From: Anaerolineales bacterium
Lineage (GTDB): Bacteria > Chloroflexota > Anaerolineae > Anaerolineales > UBA11858
Assembly (NCBI GenBank): GCA_016783125.1
Contig: JADHXE010000001.1
Location: 124-64,123, forward strand
Reading direction: 5' to 3'
DNA: 64,000 nt
In this document: positions 1 to 11,976 of the stretch, piece after piece
Numbering within the stretch: the stretch's first letter is position 1
How the letters are laid out: every line of letters starts with the position of its first letter
Notes under the pieces: generated by a model
Seen by the model: only the letters and a program-made list of their open reading frames with translations
Database searches by the model: none
What the model was told of the DNA's origin: nothing
Position numbers and translations under genes: made by a program

Positions 1-852
1 GTTCCACTGCTTGATGGAGTAGGGCGGGTTAGCCAGAATCACATCGAACGTCATCAAACGGTCACGCTCGGTGAAGGTGGGCCGCTCCAGGGTATCCCCA
101 CGGGCGATGTAAAAATCTTCCACGCCATGCAGCACCAGGTTCATGCGGGCAATGGCGGCGGTCAGGTGGTTGCGCTCCTGACCGTAAAGTCCCAGGGTCC
201 GATGCTCGCGTCCGCCGCGCTTGACCTGATCGAGAGCCGAGATCAACGTGCCGCAGGTGGGGTCATAGATGCGTTCACCGGGCTGCGGGTCGAGCATTTG
301 CACCATCAGATGCACCACGGTGCGGTTGGTGTAGAATTCCTGGGCGGTGCGACCGCTGTCATCGGCGAACTGCTTGATTAGGTACTCGTAAGCGTTGCCA
401 AGTTCATCTTCGGGCACATTGATCAGCGAGAGCCTATGCTTCGAGAAATGCTCCAGCAGGTTCTTGAGCGTGTGGTCGGGCAGGCGCTCCTTGTTGGTCC
501 AGGCGGCATCGCCGAAGATACCATCCAGCCGGCCCGGATTAGCAGCTTCGATGGCTCGTAAAGCATTGCGGATGGTCTGACCGACATCCTTGGGAATCTC
601 GCGCGCATCACCCCAGTGCGCGCCCGTGGGGATGATGAAGCGTTCGTCAGCCATGGAGCGGGCGTAGTCGCTATCTTCTGTGTCTGCATAGGCATCAGTG
701 TATTCCTCATCCCATACATCCGAGAGCCGTTTGTAGAATAGCAGCGGGAAGATGTACTGCTTGTAATCACCCGCATCCACCAGTCCGCGCAGGATATTAG
801 CCGCGCCCCACAGGTAAGATTCGAGTTCGGATTGGGTCAGGCGGTCAGTCAT
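1..852 (-). CDS. hsdM: Type I R-M N6-adenine DNA methyltransferase subunit (HsdM-like), 5' part; continues past the left window edge
   Basis: The frame is open from ATG at 852-850 to position 1, checked triplet by triplet. It is absent from the ORF track because it runs off the edge. The translation MTDRLTQSELESYLWGAANILRG...EFYTNRTVVHLMVQMLDP...ARMNLVLHGVEDF...ILANPPYSIKQWN shows an HsdM N-domain and NPPY motif IV. Motif I reads DPTCGTLISAL, so it lacks the GG present in the upstream paralog (DPACGTGGMLL). The start overlaps the upstream stop (ATGACTGA). Confidence 0.85.
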   Translation of the reverse strand, partial: MTDRLTQSELESYLWGAANILRGLVDAGDYKQYIFPLLFYKRLSDVWDEEYTDAYADTEDSDYARSMADERFIIPTGAHWGDAREIPKDVGQTIRNALRAIEAANPGRLDGIFGDAAWTNKERLPDHTLKNLLEHFSKHRLSLINVPEDELGNAYEYLIKQFADDSGRTAQEFYTNRTVVHLMVQMLDPQPGERIYDPTCGTLISALDQVKRGGREHRTLGLYGQERNHLTAAIARMNLVLHGVEDFYIARGDTLERPTFTERDRLMTFDVILANPPYSIKQWN

Positions 853-2334
853 CGAGCCAACCCCCTTCGATCATCACGGTACGGAGATGTTCTTCCGCAT
901 CTCGCACCCGGGATAGTGCAGATTTGAAATCAGAGATGGCTTCATCCAACGGGGGGATATCTTCGCCGATGGGCGGCAAGACGTACCTGGAAATATTGAG
1001 GTTCCAGTCTTCCTCCTGGATTTCATCCAGCCCGACGACGCGCGCCCGATCTTTGACATCTGCGAAGGTCTGCACCCAACCCAGGATTTCGGCAGCATGC
1101 TCGAGATCGAGAAAGTTTTGGGCGCGTCCTTTTCGAAATAGCTCAGATGCGTCCACGATCAGCACTTTCTCTTTCCGTTCTAGCGCTTTGCGCCGCCGTA
1201 GAATTAAGATGCAGCCAGCCCCGTGCCATAAAACAAATTATGGGCCAGGCCGATTACGGTCTCGATGAAATCGTGCTCCAGTAAATATTTGCGGATATTG
1301 CCTTCCACGCCCCCACGGAAGAGAGCGCCCTGCGGCAGCACAACCGCCATGCGTCCGCTGCCAAAGGCCATCGAAGAGACCATGTGCTGCACCCAGGCAA
1401 AGTCACCGCTTCTGTCGGTAGGCAATCCAGCGAAAGCCCGTCCCCAGGGGTCGCTCTCCCAAATCTCACGGCCCCACTGTTTTAGCGAGAAGGGCGGATT
1501 GGCGATCACATAATCGAAGGTGGCTAATCCTCCGGTGGCAGGATCGGTGAATATCGGGCTACGGAGCGTATCGCCGCGCTCGATGGAAAAGTCTTCGATG
1601 CCGTGAAGGAGCAAGTTCATGCGCGCCACGGAGGCCGCGGTCAGGTTCCTTTCTTGGCCAAACAATTTCCCGAAAAAGGTACGCGGATCACCGCATGTAT
1701 CTTGCACATGCTGGACGGCGCCCAGCAGCATCCCACCGGTGCCGCAGGCCGGATCATAGATGGTTTCCCCTTCCTTGGGATCAAGGATCTCGACCATCAA
1801 GCGCACCACACTGCGCGGCGTATAGAACTCGCCAGCTTTTTTATTGGTGGCGTCGGCGAACTGTTTGATCAGGTACTCGTAGGCATCGCCGATGATATCG
1901 CTCTTGACCTGATTGTTACCCAATTTCAAGGCCGAGAAATGCTCGATCAAGTCTTTGAGCAGCGCATCCGGCAAACGGTCTTTATTGGTCCATTGGGCAT
2001 CGCCGAAGACCCCATACAGATGCCGCTGGTTGGCAGTTTCGATTCCACGCAAGGCGTTCTGTAACGCGGTGCCGACGTTGACGGGAGTCTCGCGCACGTC
2101 GCACCAATGATTGCCTTTTGGGATTTAGAAACGATGCTCATCAGCAAAATCCTCGCCATAAGTCTCCACCATCTCTTGATATTCTTCATCCCAGACATCA
2201 CAGATGCGTTTGAAGAATAGTAGCGGCAGGATGTAGCTCTTCCAGTCGGTACGGTCCACTGGACTGCCGCGCAGGATGTTGGCGGCTTCCCAGAGATGGG
2301 ATTCGAGGGTGGAAATGTCGAGGGTGGTGGTCAA
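845..2334 (-). pseudogene. hsdM: HsdM-like type I methyltransferase disrupted by an in-frame TAA and a frameshift
   Basis: Three collinear ORFs (2334-2125, 2097-1204, 1165-845) together spell one HsdM: 'LWEAANILRGSPVDRTDWKSYILPLLFFKRICDVWDEE', 'DPACGTGGML', 'IANPPFSLKQW', 'EEDWNLNISRYV'. Positions 2125-2127 are an in-frame TAA (..EHRF*IPKGNHWCDV..; the paralog has ERFIIPTGAHWGD). The frame slips by 1 nt near 1204-1216 (FYGTGLAAS* versus ..CILILRRRKALERKEKVLIVDASE). Confidence 0.85.
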
Positions 2335-2410
2335 TATTGGTTTTCCCTGGTCTTCGTTTTGGATGGAGAAGGATGGTTGGTAGGGAGGCTTGAGGGTAAT
2401 TGCCAGAGTA

Positions 2411-2489
2411 CAGAAAAACCGCTCATACCCGCAGGGTACACCCGAAACATCCTGGTAAGGAGTGCGGGGGCTTCCTCTAGTATGAGCGG
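2411..2489 (-). terminator. Branched stem-loop followed by a U-run on the minus strand (terminator-like)
   Basis: The outer stem is CCGCTCATAC (2419-2428) / GTATGAGCGG (2480-2489). The inner stem is CCCGCA/TGCGGG, with two small hairpins inside. On the minus strand it is followed by TTTTTCT (2412-2418). Confidence 0.35.
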
Positions 2490-2753
2490 CACCGTTGTGT
2501 TATTATCTCGTTGCCACGCACCCACCTGCGTGTGCCATCGCCGGGAGTGTTACGTTACTGCCCGGCTTTTGAATTTATATACCCACTAATCTTAGCATAT
2601 CCACTATCACTATGCAACCGGAGCACAAACTGATGGGGTCAGAAAAAGTGCCGCGCCATTCTCTGACTGTCGGAGAAATTCTTACACCGGCATATCTGCG
2701 TCACATACATAACCCCTACCCCTCACATTCACAATCCACTTCTCACTTTGCCT

Positions 2754-3831
2754 TCATCTTTTCCCATAACAAGTGTCAAAATTCCCTCCGGGTTCCCAAA
2801 AGGTCCAATTCCCCACTACTTCAAATTTTTCATTCACCAGCTCTACATCATCAATCAAAATTCGCACTTGCCATGTTCCTGAGTGCAATCCATCAGGTTC
2901 AGATATTGTCACTTGAGTTTCCGTGCCACTGCTAGCCCCTGTCCAAATACAAGTGTATCGGGCCCATTCCCTCCCCTCCATACTCCATATTCTTTCGTAC
3001 TTGGCTCCATAAGGGATATTTTCATAATCCCATCGCACATCGATTACTTTTATGGCCTCGGCAAATTCTCTAGTCGCATTCGACCCATTGCATGAGCCAG
3101 GACAAGCAGAAAAATTATCTATTCTAACGGTTATTGGCGTCAGAGTTGCAGAGGGAATGGCAGTAAAGGTAGCAATTGGTTCAGTTGCGGGAATGCTTGT
3201 TTCAATGGGGGTAATTACTTGCTCTGCGGGTGTGGAAGTAATAACAACAATTTGCGTTTGAATCTGTGGACGGAGATTTATCCCGTTTTTTGTCCACCAA
3301 TTCCGTAACAAATGCATCAATCGTTTCTTTCCCCCCTTGTTCGATCCTGGTAGCTAACATTCTCAGGGCATCAACAAGTTCTTGTGATGTATGAAAGCGA
3401 TCGGCGCGGTCTTTGGCCAAACCTTTATCGATGATTTTTTGTGTTGTGGCTGGCAAATCGGCGCGTTTCTCCGCAATATGGGGAATCGGATCTTGAATAT
3501 GTGCAACAACCATTCCTACAGGCGTATCTGCTTTATAGGGTTGTTCCCCCGTAAGCATTTCAAATAGAATAACAACCAAAGAATAAATATCACTCCGCCC
3601 ATCGAGATCCTTCTCTGTACGTGCTTGTTCTAGGCTCATATATGCAGGCGTGCCGATCGTATCAGCTGTGCCAGTGAGGGTAGTATCTGCATGAGTTAGC
3701 TTCACAATACCAAAATCCGACAAATAGGGATTACCATCTTCATCAAAAAGAATATTCGCTGGTTTGATGTCACGATGGATTATTCCCTCTGTATGCGCTT
3801 TGTCCAATGCCGGTGCCAAGCGAGCCAGCAT
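2754..3831 (-). pseudogene. Ser/Thr protein kinase remnant (N-lobe missing, frameshifted C-terminal region)
   Basis: ORF 3831-3202 begins inside the kinase at 'ALDKAHTEGIIHRDIKPANILF..DFGIVKL..GTPAYMSLEQ'. No GxGxxG/VAIK lobe is present, and only ~110 nt separate it from the preceding gene. The C-terminal part continues in another frame (3320-2754), with the shift near the A6/G6 runs at ~3290-3336. Confidence 0.75.
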
Positions 3832-3942
3832 ATCGGTAACATGTTGAAGAGATAAAGCACAATTAGATTGTTATAGATACGAAACAAGATGCGCGAGAGA
3901 TGTACTCTCATTGCCCCTTCGACGTTATTGGGGCAGCAGAAG

Positions 3943-6543
3943 CTAAGATTCAGATTCGATCTGGACAATGCCCCATATTTCGAGGGTTGGAACTGTGATG
4001 GTAATAACATCATTTTCCCATTCATACTCGAGGAAAATTTTCTCATTAAAGTCAGGAGAGATATAGTATGCTTGATCAGGCTCGAATCCATTAGGTATCC
4101 TGATCGAAAAGGTGATGTCCTGGTTTGGCACTACAGAGTCTGTTTCAAACTGGTAGTCAAAATTCACCAGATGGATGATAAGTGTCTCGTTCACAAGATA
4201 AGGCTGTATACCAACCTGAAGTGATAGATTGCCTTCGATCAGCATCTCAGGGAATATTTCCTTGAGCATGGGTTTCACTTCATCACGTATTTGTACGGCC
4301 CTATCCTCAGAAACGCGGTTTTCAGGCGCTTCCCCAAATTGTGTCACAACGGGATGATAGGCAACATAACGATAATACTCATCTCCAATGGAGCTCTCAG
4401 GGAACCAATATACTCCTGGCGAATCCTGCCAGGACGCTTCGGACAATGCCGTGCGATTGACGGGTAATTGGTTCTCGTCTACTTCACCTAATGGCCCATA
4501 GGCAACTAGTGCCCCGCCTGCTTCCAGATATTCCACAATGGCTATCTCCTGATTCTCGGTGAGTGCAAGAGCGTGCGAAAGAATAACCAGCGAATAACGG
4601 CTTAGCGCATCGGAAGTTACTGTATCATTGATGTGAATCCCATCTCCAAAGAAAATTACTTCATAGGGCATATGCAAGTGTGCCAGGAGGTTGGCGATAC
4701 CTTCCCAGGAATTGATATGCGTAAGCTTGTCGTAGGACAAGGATGGAAGCGAATAAACCAGCGCAATGTCCGCCAGCGCTTGTGTGGATTCGCTGTCAAA
4801 CCATAATGCATTCTCGCGCAGGAAAGCCGAGTATTCGCGCAACGTCTCAGGATATAGATCGAAAGCAAACTCAATCTCGTTTTCGATACTCCCCCAGTCC
4901 GGATTGCTAAGGGACGACTTGGGGCTTATGCTGCCCTGGCTGGCTACAGCTTCTGCAAATCGAAGCTTGATCAAATTTTGGGCGTTATAGTCAAGCAACG
5001 GCATGATTTCGGGGTCAGTGTCTTGTGGCCCTAATGCAGCTGGCTTTTGGGATGCAGCATAGAGCATCTTGTACCAGTGCGTGGATCTTCCCAGAGGTGG
5101 AAACCCACCTCGCCAGGCTCGGAAAGAAATTGGCGTCACGAAATCATAGAGTTCAAATTGGGCGTAATTCGATGGTACTAATATATCCAACGGGAATCCG
5201 GTGAACAGGATTTCTCTGCCGCGAGTCTCAATGGCGTAATTCTTGACTTCAAGAATCAGGTGCTCTAGAAATTGAAAAGTGCTCTGATTCTGGAATTCCT
5301 GAAAGTCAATAAAGAGGGGGATGTCGATTGGATTGTATCCCTCTCCGATCCATTGTTGCCTGATTTGGTCGGCGATATAAGCTTTGGTGAACCCGTTATT
5401 TATCAGGTACTGTCGATAGTCAAAGGCGTCGATATCAGGAATATTAAGTTGAGCGAGTTCATCTGGCGAGTAACGTGACTTCAAGAATTCTCTAAAAGAT
5501 TGCATTGAAACTTCGCTAAATACGCCTGCATATCCTTCAAGTGGATTATTGGACCACCAACCATTTCCTTCATTATCGTCAATAAAGACCGCGTCAACTC
5601 CAACATCTACGGCTTCTTTTAGTTTTTTTAGGAGGAATTCCTGCCATTGTGGATGATTAGTATCATATATATAACCGGAGCTCCACGCGATAATGGGTTT
5701 GCCGTCAATATCTATTGCAACCGCGTCAGCAAGCTCGGGTTCAAGCGACAGCCTTTCACTCCATTCAATGTCATTTAAGGATATGAAGATGCCGAGTTTA
5801 AGCCCGGCGGTATGTGCTAGCCGGGTTGCGAAAAGCATGTCTTGGGATGCTAATTTGTCATACCACGCAATGTCTGCACCGCTATCAATCGCGTCGAGAA
5901 TGTTGGGAGTCATGAGGAAGAAGTTAGGATGATTCTCCCAATCATCGTAGATCATCTCAGTCACAACTGTCGGCATCAAAGAAACGGTGTAGACAAAGAT
6001 TAGTGGTTCGTCTGGATTTTCTTCAGTCACAATTACCTGACCGCTAAATAGAAGCATGGCATCGTTGGTAATCATTGATAACCGGTATGGGCTTGTCTCA
6101 TCGACCACCTCTGGATCCACCCAGAAACCGATATCGCACAGAGGTTCAGCAAAATTACCAAAGATTCCGCCCTCGTCTTCGTCTATTTCTAAAAAATTGA
6201 TCGTGCCAGCCACGATGATCTCTTGTCCAACCATGTCTTTCGAAATTGTGCACGGGGTTTGAATACCAAGCTCCGAATAGGAGTAATGTTCAACCGGCAG
6301 CTTGAAAACAGGCGACTCCGGTGCCGCTGTCTCCGTCACATCAATCACAACAGGGGTGGGTGGTTGACTCTCCTCAATAAGTGTTTCGGTTTCCTCAGCG
6401 GAAGCTTTGCTCTCCTCAACGGGCATTTTGGTTGGGACGCTTGAAGGTGTCTGTGGTGCATCGGATGTGCATCCTGTGATAACCAGTAACGCGCTTAGGA
6501 CAACTAAAACGATCAATAATATAGGTTTTCGAACGAATATCAT
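3943..6543 (-). CDS. Secreted lipoprotein, putative glycoside-hydrolase-like TIM-barrel protein with a GH42-trimerisation/GATase-like C-terminal module
   Basis: The likely start is ATG 6543, preceded by AGGAGGAG. The signal peptide plus lipobox is 'LLVITGC'. 'GVDAVFIDDNEGNGWW' and 'AGLKLGIFISLND' look like a GH-like barrel. 'LVILSHALALTENQEIAIVEYLEAGGALVAYGPLG' looks like a GATase1-like domain. The function is tentative. Confidence 0.6.
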   Translation of the reverse strand: MIFVRKPILLIVLVVLSALLVITGCTSDAPQTPSSVPTKMPVEESKASAEETETLIEESQPPTPVVIDVTETAAPESPVFKLPVEHYSYSELGIQTPCTISKDMVGQEIIVAGTINFLEIDEDEGGIFGNFAEPLCDIGFWVDPEVVDETSPYRLSMITNDAMLLFSGQVIVTEENPDEPLIFVYTVSLMPTVVTEMIYDDWENHPNFFLMTPNILDAIDSGADIAWYDKLASQDMLFATRLAHTAGLKLGIFISLNDIEWSERLSLEPELADAVAIDIDGKPIIAWSSGYIYDTNHPQWQEFLLKKLKEAVDVGVDAVFIDDNEGNGWWSNNPLEGYAGVFSEVSMQSFREFLKSRYSPDELAQLNIPDIDAFDYRQYLINNGFTKAYIADQIRQQWIGEGYNPIDIPLFIDFQEFQNQSTFQFLEHLILEVKNYAIETRGREILFTGFPLDILVPSNYAQFELYDFVTPISFRAWRGGFPPLGRSTHWYKMLYAASQKPAALGPQDTDPEIMPLLDYNAQNLIKLRFAEAVASQGSISPKSSLSNPDWGSIENEIEFAFDLYPETLREYSAFLRENALWFDSESTQALADIALVYSLPSLSYDKLTHINSWEGIANLLAHLHMPYEVIFFGDGIHINDTVTSDALSRYSLVILSHALALTENQEIAIVEYLEAGGALVAYGPLGEVDENQLPVNRTALSEASWQDSPGVYWFPESSIGDEYYRYVAYHPVVTQFGEAPENRVSEDRAVQIRDEVKPMLKEIFPEMLIEGNLSLQVGIQPYLVNETLIIHLVNFDYQFETDSVVPNQDITFSIRIPNGFEPDQAYYISPDFNEKIFLEYEWENDVITITVPTLEIWGIVQIESES

Positions 6544-6730
6544 GCTACTCCTCCTAATGGATGTGGGTCGCGCCCAACATGGGCGTAACCTGCCTGCGTT
6601 TTGGCTCAGAATGCTGCTCATTTAGAGCCAAAGTTTACTTTTAGCGCCCGGTCCTCCGCTGCGAAGCAGGTCTGGTTAACGCGGGGTTGGCCTGCTCTTC
6701 GTCTGAAACCACCTTTTGTCGCACAAAAGC

Positions 6731-7804
6731 CTATGCTTCTGAAGGATGAACATGGCGATGGTGGATATCTGGCATGTGATGATGTTCGTGTTCATGACAA
6801 TTATGCTCGTGCCAGTGAGAATGTGACCGGGCATACTCATTGGTCTCATGATTATGTATATGGTGTTCATCATCATGCCTGTGCCGATGCTCATGAACTG
6901 TCGCTTCATGAACATGATTGTGCTTATGCTCTTCATAAACTAATAAGATTGCTCCGACAACCATCAGAGGAAGGGCAACCAGAAACATAGTATTAACCGA
7001 CTCTTGTAACAACCAAAGCGATAAAGCTATACCAGCAAGAGGCGCAGTTCCGAATAACGCACTTGTTCGAGCTGCTCCAAGTCCGCGCATTGCCCGAATA
7101 AATAGTGTGATGCTCAAACCATAACTAAGACTCCCTAAAACCATAACTTTTATTACAATACCTAAATTGGGTATCCGATTCCCCAAAATCGTCGCCAGGA
7201 TGAGAGAAAAACTACCTGCAACCAAGCCCTTTACCATCACAATACTTATTGGGTCTTTCGCAGAAATATTTCGAGTGAAATTATTATCTATCCCCCATAA
7301 TAAACATGCCGTCAGAATACCCATAGCTCCCCAAGATACTCCCCATTCGTCATTTAGATTGACTGACAGTAGAATGCTTGCGGTGGTTATCACCAGGATT
7401 GCCCACCACGCACGGCGACTAACGGATTCTTTGAATACCATCGCCGCAATCAAAGTTGTTGCTACGCCTTCAAAAGTGAGCAATAATGATGCTGTCGCTC
7501 CGGGAGTATCACGCAAACCAAAAAGTAAGATAATCGGGGCGGTAATCCCGCCTGCAATGATTGCTCCTGCTAACCAACCAATATCAGTTCTTTTTAATGA
7601 CGCTTCAGTGCTTTCTATCTTGTTTCCATTACGTTGAAATATTCGAAGGACAAGTAACCCAAAACCGCTTCCAAGATATAGAAATGCCGCTAAAGAAATT
7701 GGCTCGATTTCACCCAATAACAACTTGGCTATTGGGGCACTTGCTCCGAATAGCAGGGCTGCGAGCATAGCCTGGATAATGGGGTAAATATTGTTTCGAT
7801 TCAT
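6731..7804 (-). CDS. EamA/DMT-superfamily permease with a ~55-aa histidine-rich C-terminal tail
   Basis: About ten hydrophobic segments form two EamA-like halves. The tail is 'HKHNHVHEATVHEHRHRHDDEHHIHNHETNEYARSHSHWHEHNCHEHEHHHMPDIHHRHVHPSEA' (about 6731-6900). Confidence 0.8.
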   Translation of the reverse strand: MNRNNIYPIIQAMLAALLFGASAPIAKLLLGEIEPISLAAFLYLGSGFGLLVLRIFQRNGNKIESTEASLKRTDIGWLAGAIIAGGITAPIILLFGLRDTPGATASLLLTFEGVATTLIAAMVFKESVSRRAWWAILVITTASILLSVNLNDEWGVSWGAMGILTACLLWGIDNNFTRNISAKDPISIVMVKGLVAGSFSLILATILGNRIPNLGIVIKVMVLGSLSYGLSITLFIRAMRGLGAARTSALFGTAPLAGIALSLWLLQESVNTMFLVALPLMVVGAILLVYEEHKHNHVHEATVHEHRHRHDDEHHIHNHETNEYARSHSHWHEHNCHEHEHHHMPDIHHRHVHPSEA

Positions 7805-8039
7805 GCGGCAATAATATCATCCTTCAGGAATTTTTAGTATTGCATTAAGCAGGCCAACCTATGACTTGGGGCACATGACCATAAGCACAGCTATTCCCGT
7901 TGTTTACCCTCAGGTGATCATAAATACCTTATCGGATACAAACAAAAACCGCCCGCAATTTGTGCGAGCAACCCTATGTGTGTTATCACTTGCTCACCAC
8001 GCACCCTATTACATTAGTACTCAGTCATGATTTACAATC

Positions 8040-9221
8040 CTGCTATTTTTTTTGCAATCTCATCATAGCATAACTGCAATGCTGATTCAACTAGGCCAGG
8101 GGGAAATTTATATCCCTCTTTCAAAATATCTAATCTCAGTTTCACACTTCCCCTGAGCCTGTTCCCGTCTTCCACGGTGAACGCTCTAATCCCCTTTCAG
8201 CCGCCAGCCGCTTTCATGTTTGCCTTGTTTCCAAACATATTCCACCCACCCTGGAATCGCAAACTCCCCGCTGCGCGCAGTCTTCCTGACACGGGGAGCT
8301 ATCATCAAATAAGGATTATCGAGACTGTCAAAAGCATTCCAGATCATCCGTTCTGCCCTGTCAAGTTCTGACCAACCCCTTCACCCAACCCAAACACGCT
8401 TCGCGCGCCTTTCCGCTCATGCTTTGCACGCCCCCGGCGCCAGGCTAGATCACGGGTGCGCTGCTCACTCTCGGGGCGTTTGCAGCATATTGCCCACACC
8501 ACAGACAGCGCTAAGCTACCGGTTGGGAATCGCTGTGCGAGCCTTTGGCCAGACGCTGGGCCGCTTTGTCTCCACGTGCCACAGTCGGCCCGCACATCTC
8601 CATCGTCGGCAGACCAGAAAGAGTGTCGAGTGTCCCCATAAGCGGCATCTATAAGAGAATCGGGGGAGATATCGTGGCTTTGTACTGATCCGAATTGACT
8701 GGCAGATCGATTCCTTTGAGCTTGTGATATGGCCCCAAAACCCCACCCAAAGTGAGGGGGGCACCCTGGGCAGGGCATCTTCATTAATGGCAGAAATCCA
8801 TAAATATTTCAAAGATGACGGTCATGTTGTTTCATCCACCCTGTTTCGGTGCGCAGAAAATAAGCTGCAGACAAGATCAAATCCAGTTGTTGTTTTGAAT
8901 TGCTCGGTGTCCATATAGAGTCCGATCCCTTGAGCTTCCAGATCGCTGATAATACTCATGAGTTTATTTGTGCTGCGCGTAATACGGTCAAAGTTGGTCA
9001 CGACCACAACATCAAACAACCCCTGGTGTGCATCATGAAGCATTTGTTGCAAGCCAGTATGATCAACCTTAAGTCCATTCCCAACATCCTGGTAGATTGA
9101 GACCAACTCCCATCCGTTTTCGCGAAGGACACCTCTGGCGGTTTCAATCTGTTGGTCCAAGACATCTGGCCGGGTCGAATATAGCTGTGCGTGCATAAAT
9201 GACGGCTCGTTTGGTATTCAT
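8040..9221 (-). pseudogene. Degenerate serine recombinase (resolvase catalytic domain plus decayed downstream part)
   Basis: 'MNTKRAVIYAR' (ATG 9221) is in a different frame from the rest of the resolvase domain (9196-8822: 'GLFDVVVVTNFDRITRSTNKLMSIISDLEAQGIGLY'). Downstream, 8040-8820 shows coding-like stretches in all three frames (e.g. '..GIRAFTVEDGNRLRGSVKLRLDILKEGYKFPPGLVESALQLCYDEIAKKIAGL*') and locally higher GC. Confidence 0.5.
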
Positions 9222-9655
9222 GATGTCTCCTCGTAGATTACATAAAGATTCTGGGTAATAAGTACCCTTCTCGCTTCGTTTTTCCAGCCACCCAGCTGCT
9301 CTTTTAGCCCCATCAACCCCACGTTTGCTCCTTTTTTCCCCTTTTTACGCTCCTCTCGCTTCGAATCCCCCATATTTTTTGTGACCACTCCCCCCTTTCT
9401 TTCTTCCTTACTCCCCCTCCTCATTCTGTAAAGCAACTATCCCTTCATTATGTATTGGCTGTCCGTGGGGCATTCCAATAATCTATTCCAAAATTATCAT
9501 CACCAATATTCCCCTGATATTTGGTATTCTGCGAACTCATTTTAGACCCAACTTACTTGCCCGCGCCCTTTTCGCCGTAAATCGATCATTTTGTAGTATT
9601 TGTATCGTACAGGTTGAAACCATTCATTTTTTCAACCGTATTGTGGGAGATTTTA

Positions 9656-11929
<2,274 letters not shown>

Positions 11930-11976
11930 CTAATTTGACGGCGGATAACTTGGTGGGCGTCACTTGAAAGTATTGC

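Noticed and set aside
9355-9372. TCGCTTCGAATCCCCC resembles a tRNA T-arm (TTCGAATCC) and recurs at 32205-32222.
   Set aside because: No acceptor, D or anticodon stems can be drawn around either copy. One 16-mer coincidence is about what is expected by chance in 64 kb on both strands.
9218-9436. Track ORF encoding 'KEERKGGVVTKNMGDSKREERKKGKKG'.
   Set aside because: It is the reverse reading of a pyrimidine-rich low-complexity tract with no start context or recognisable fold. It is most likely non-coding spacer next to the recombinase scar.
9612-9637. The hairpin GGTTGAAA..TTTCAACC, 19 nt downstream of galT-galK, might be a terminator.
   Set aside because: The stem is short (8 bp) and A/U-rich, and no U-tract follows on the relevant strand. 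It is too weak to call.
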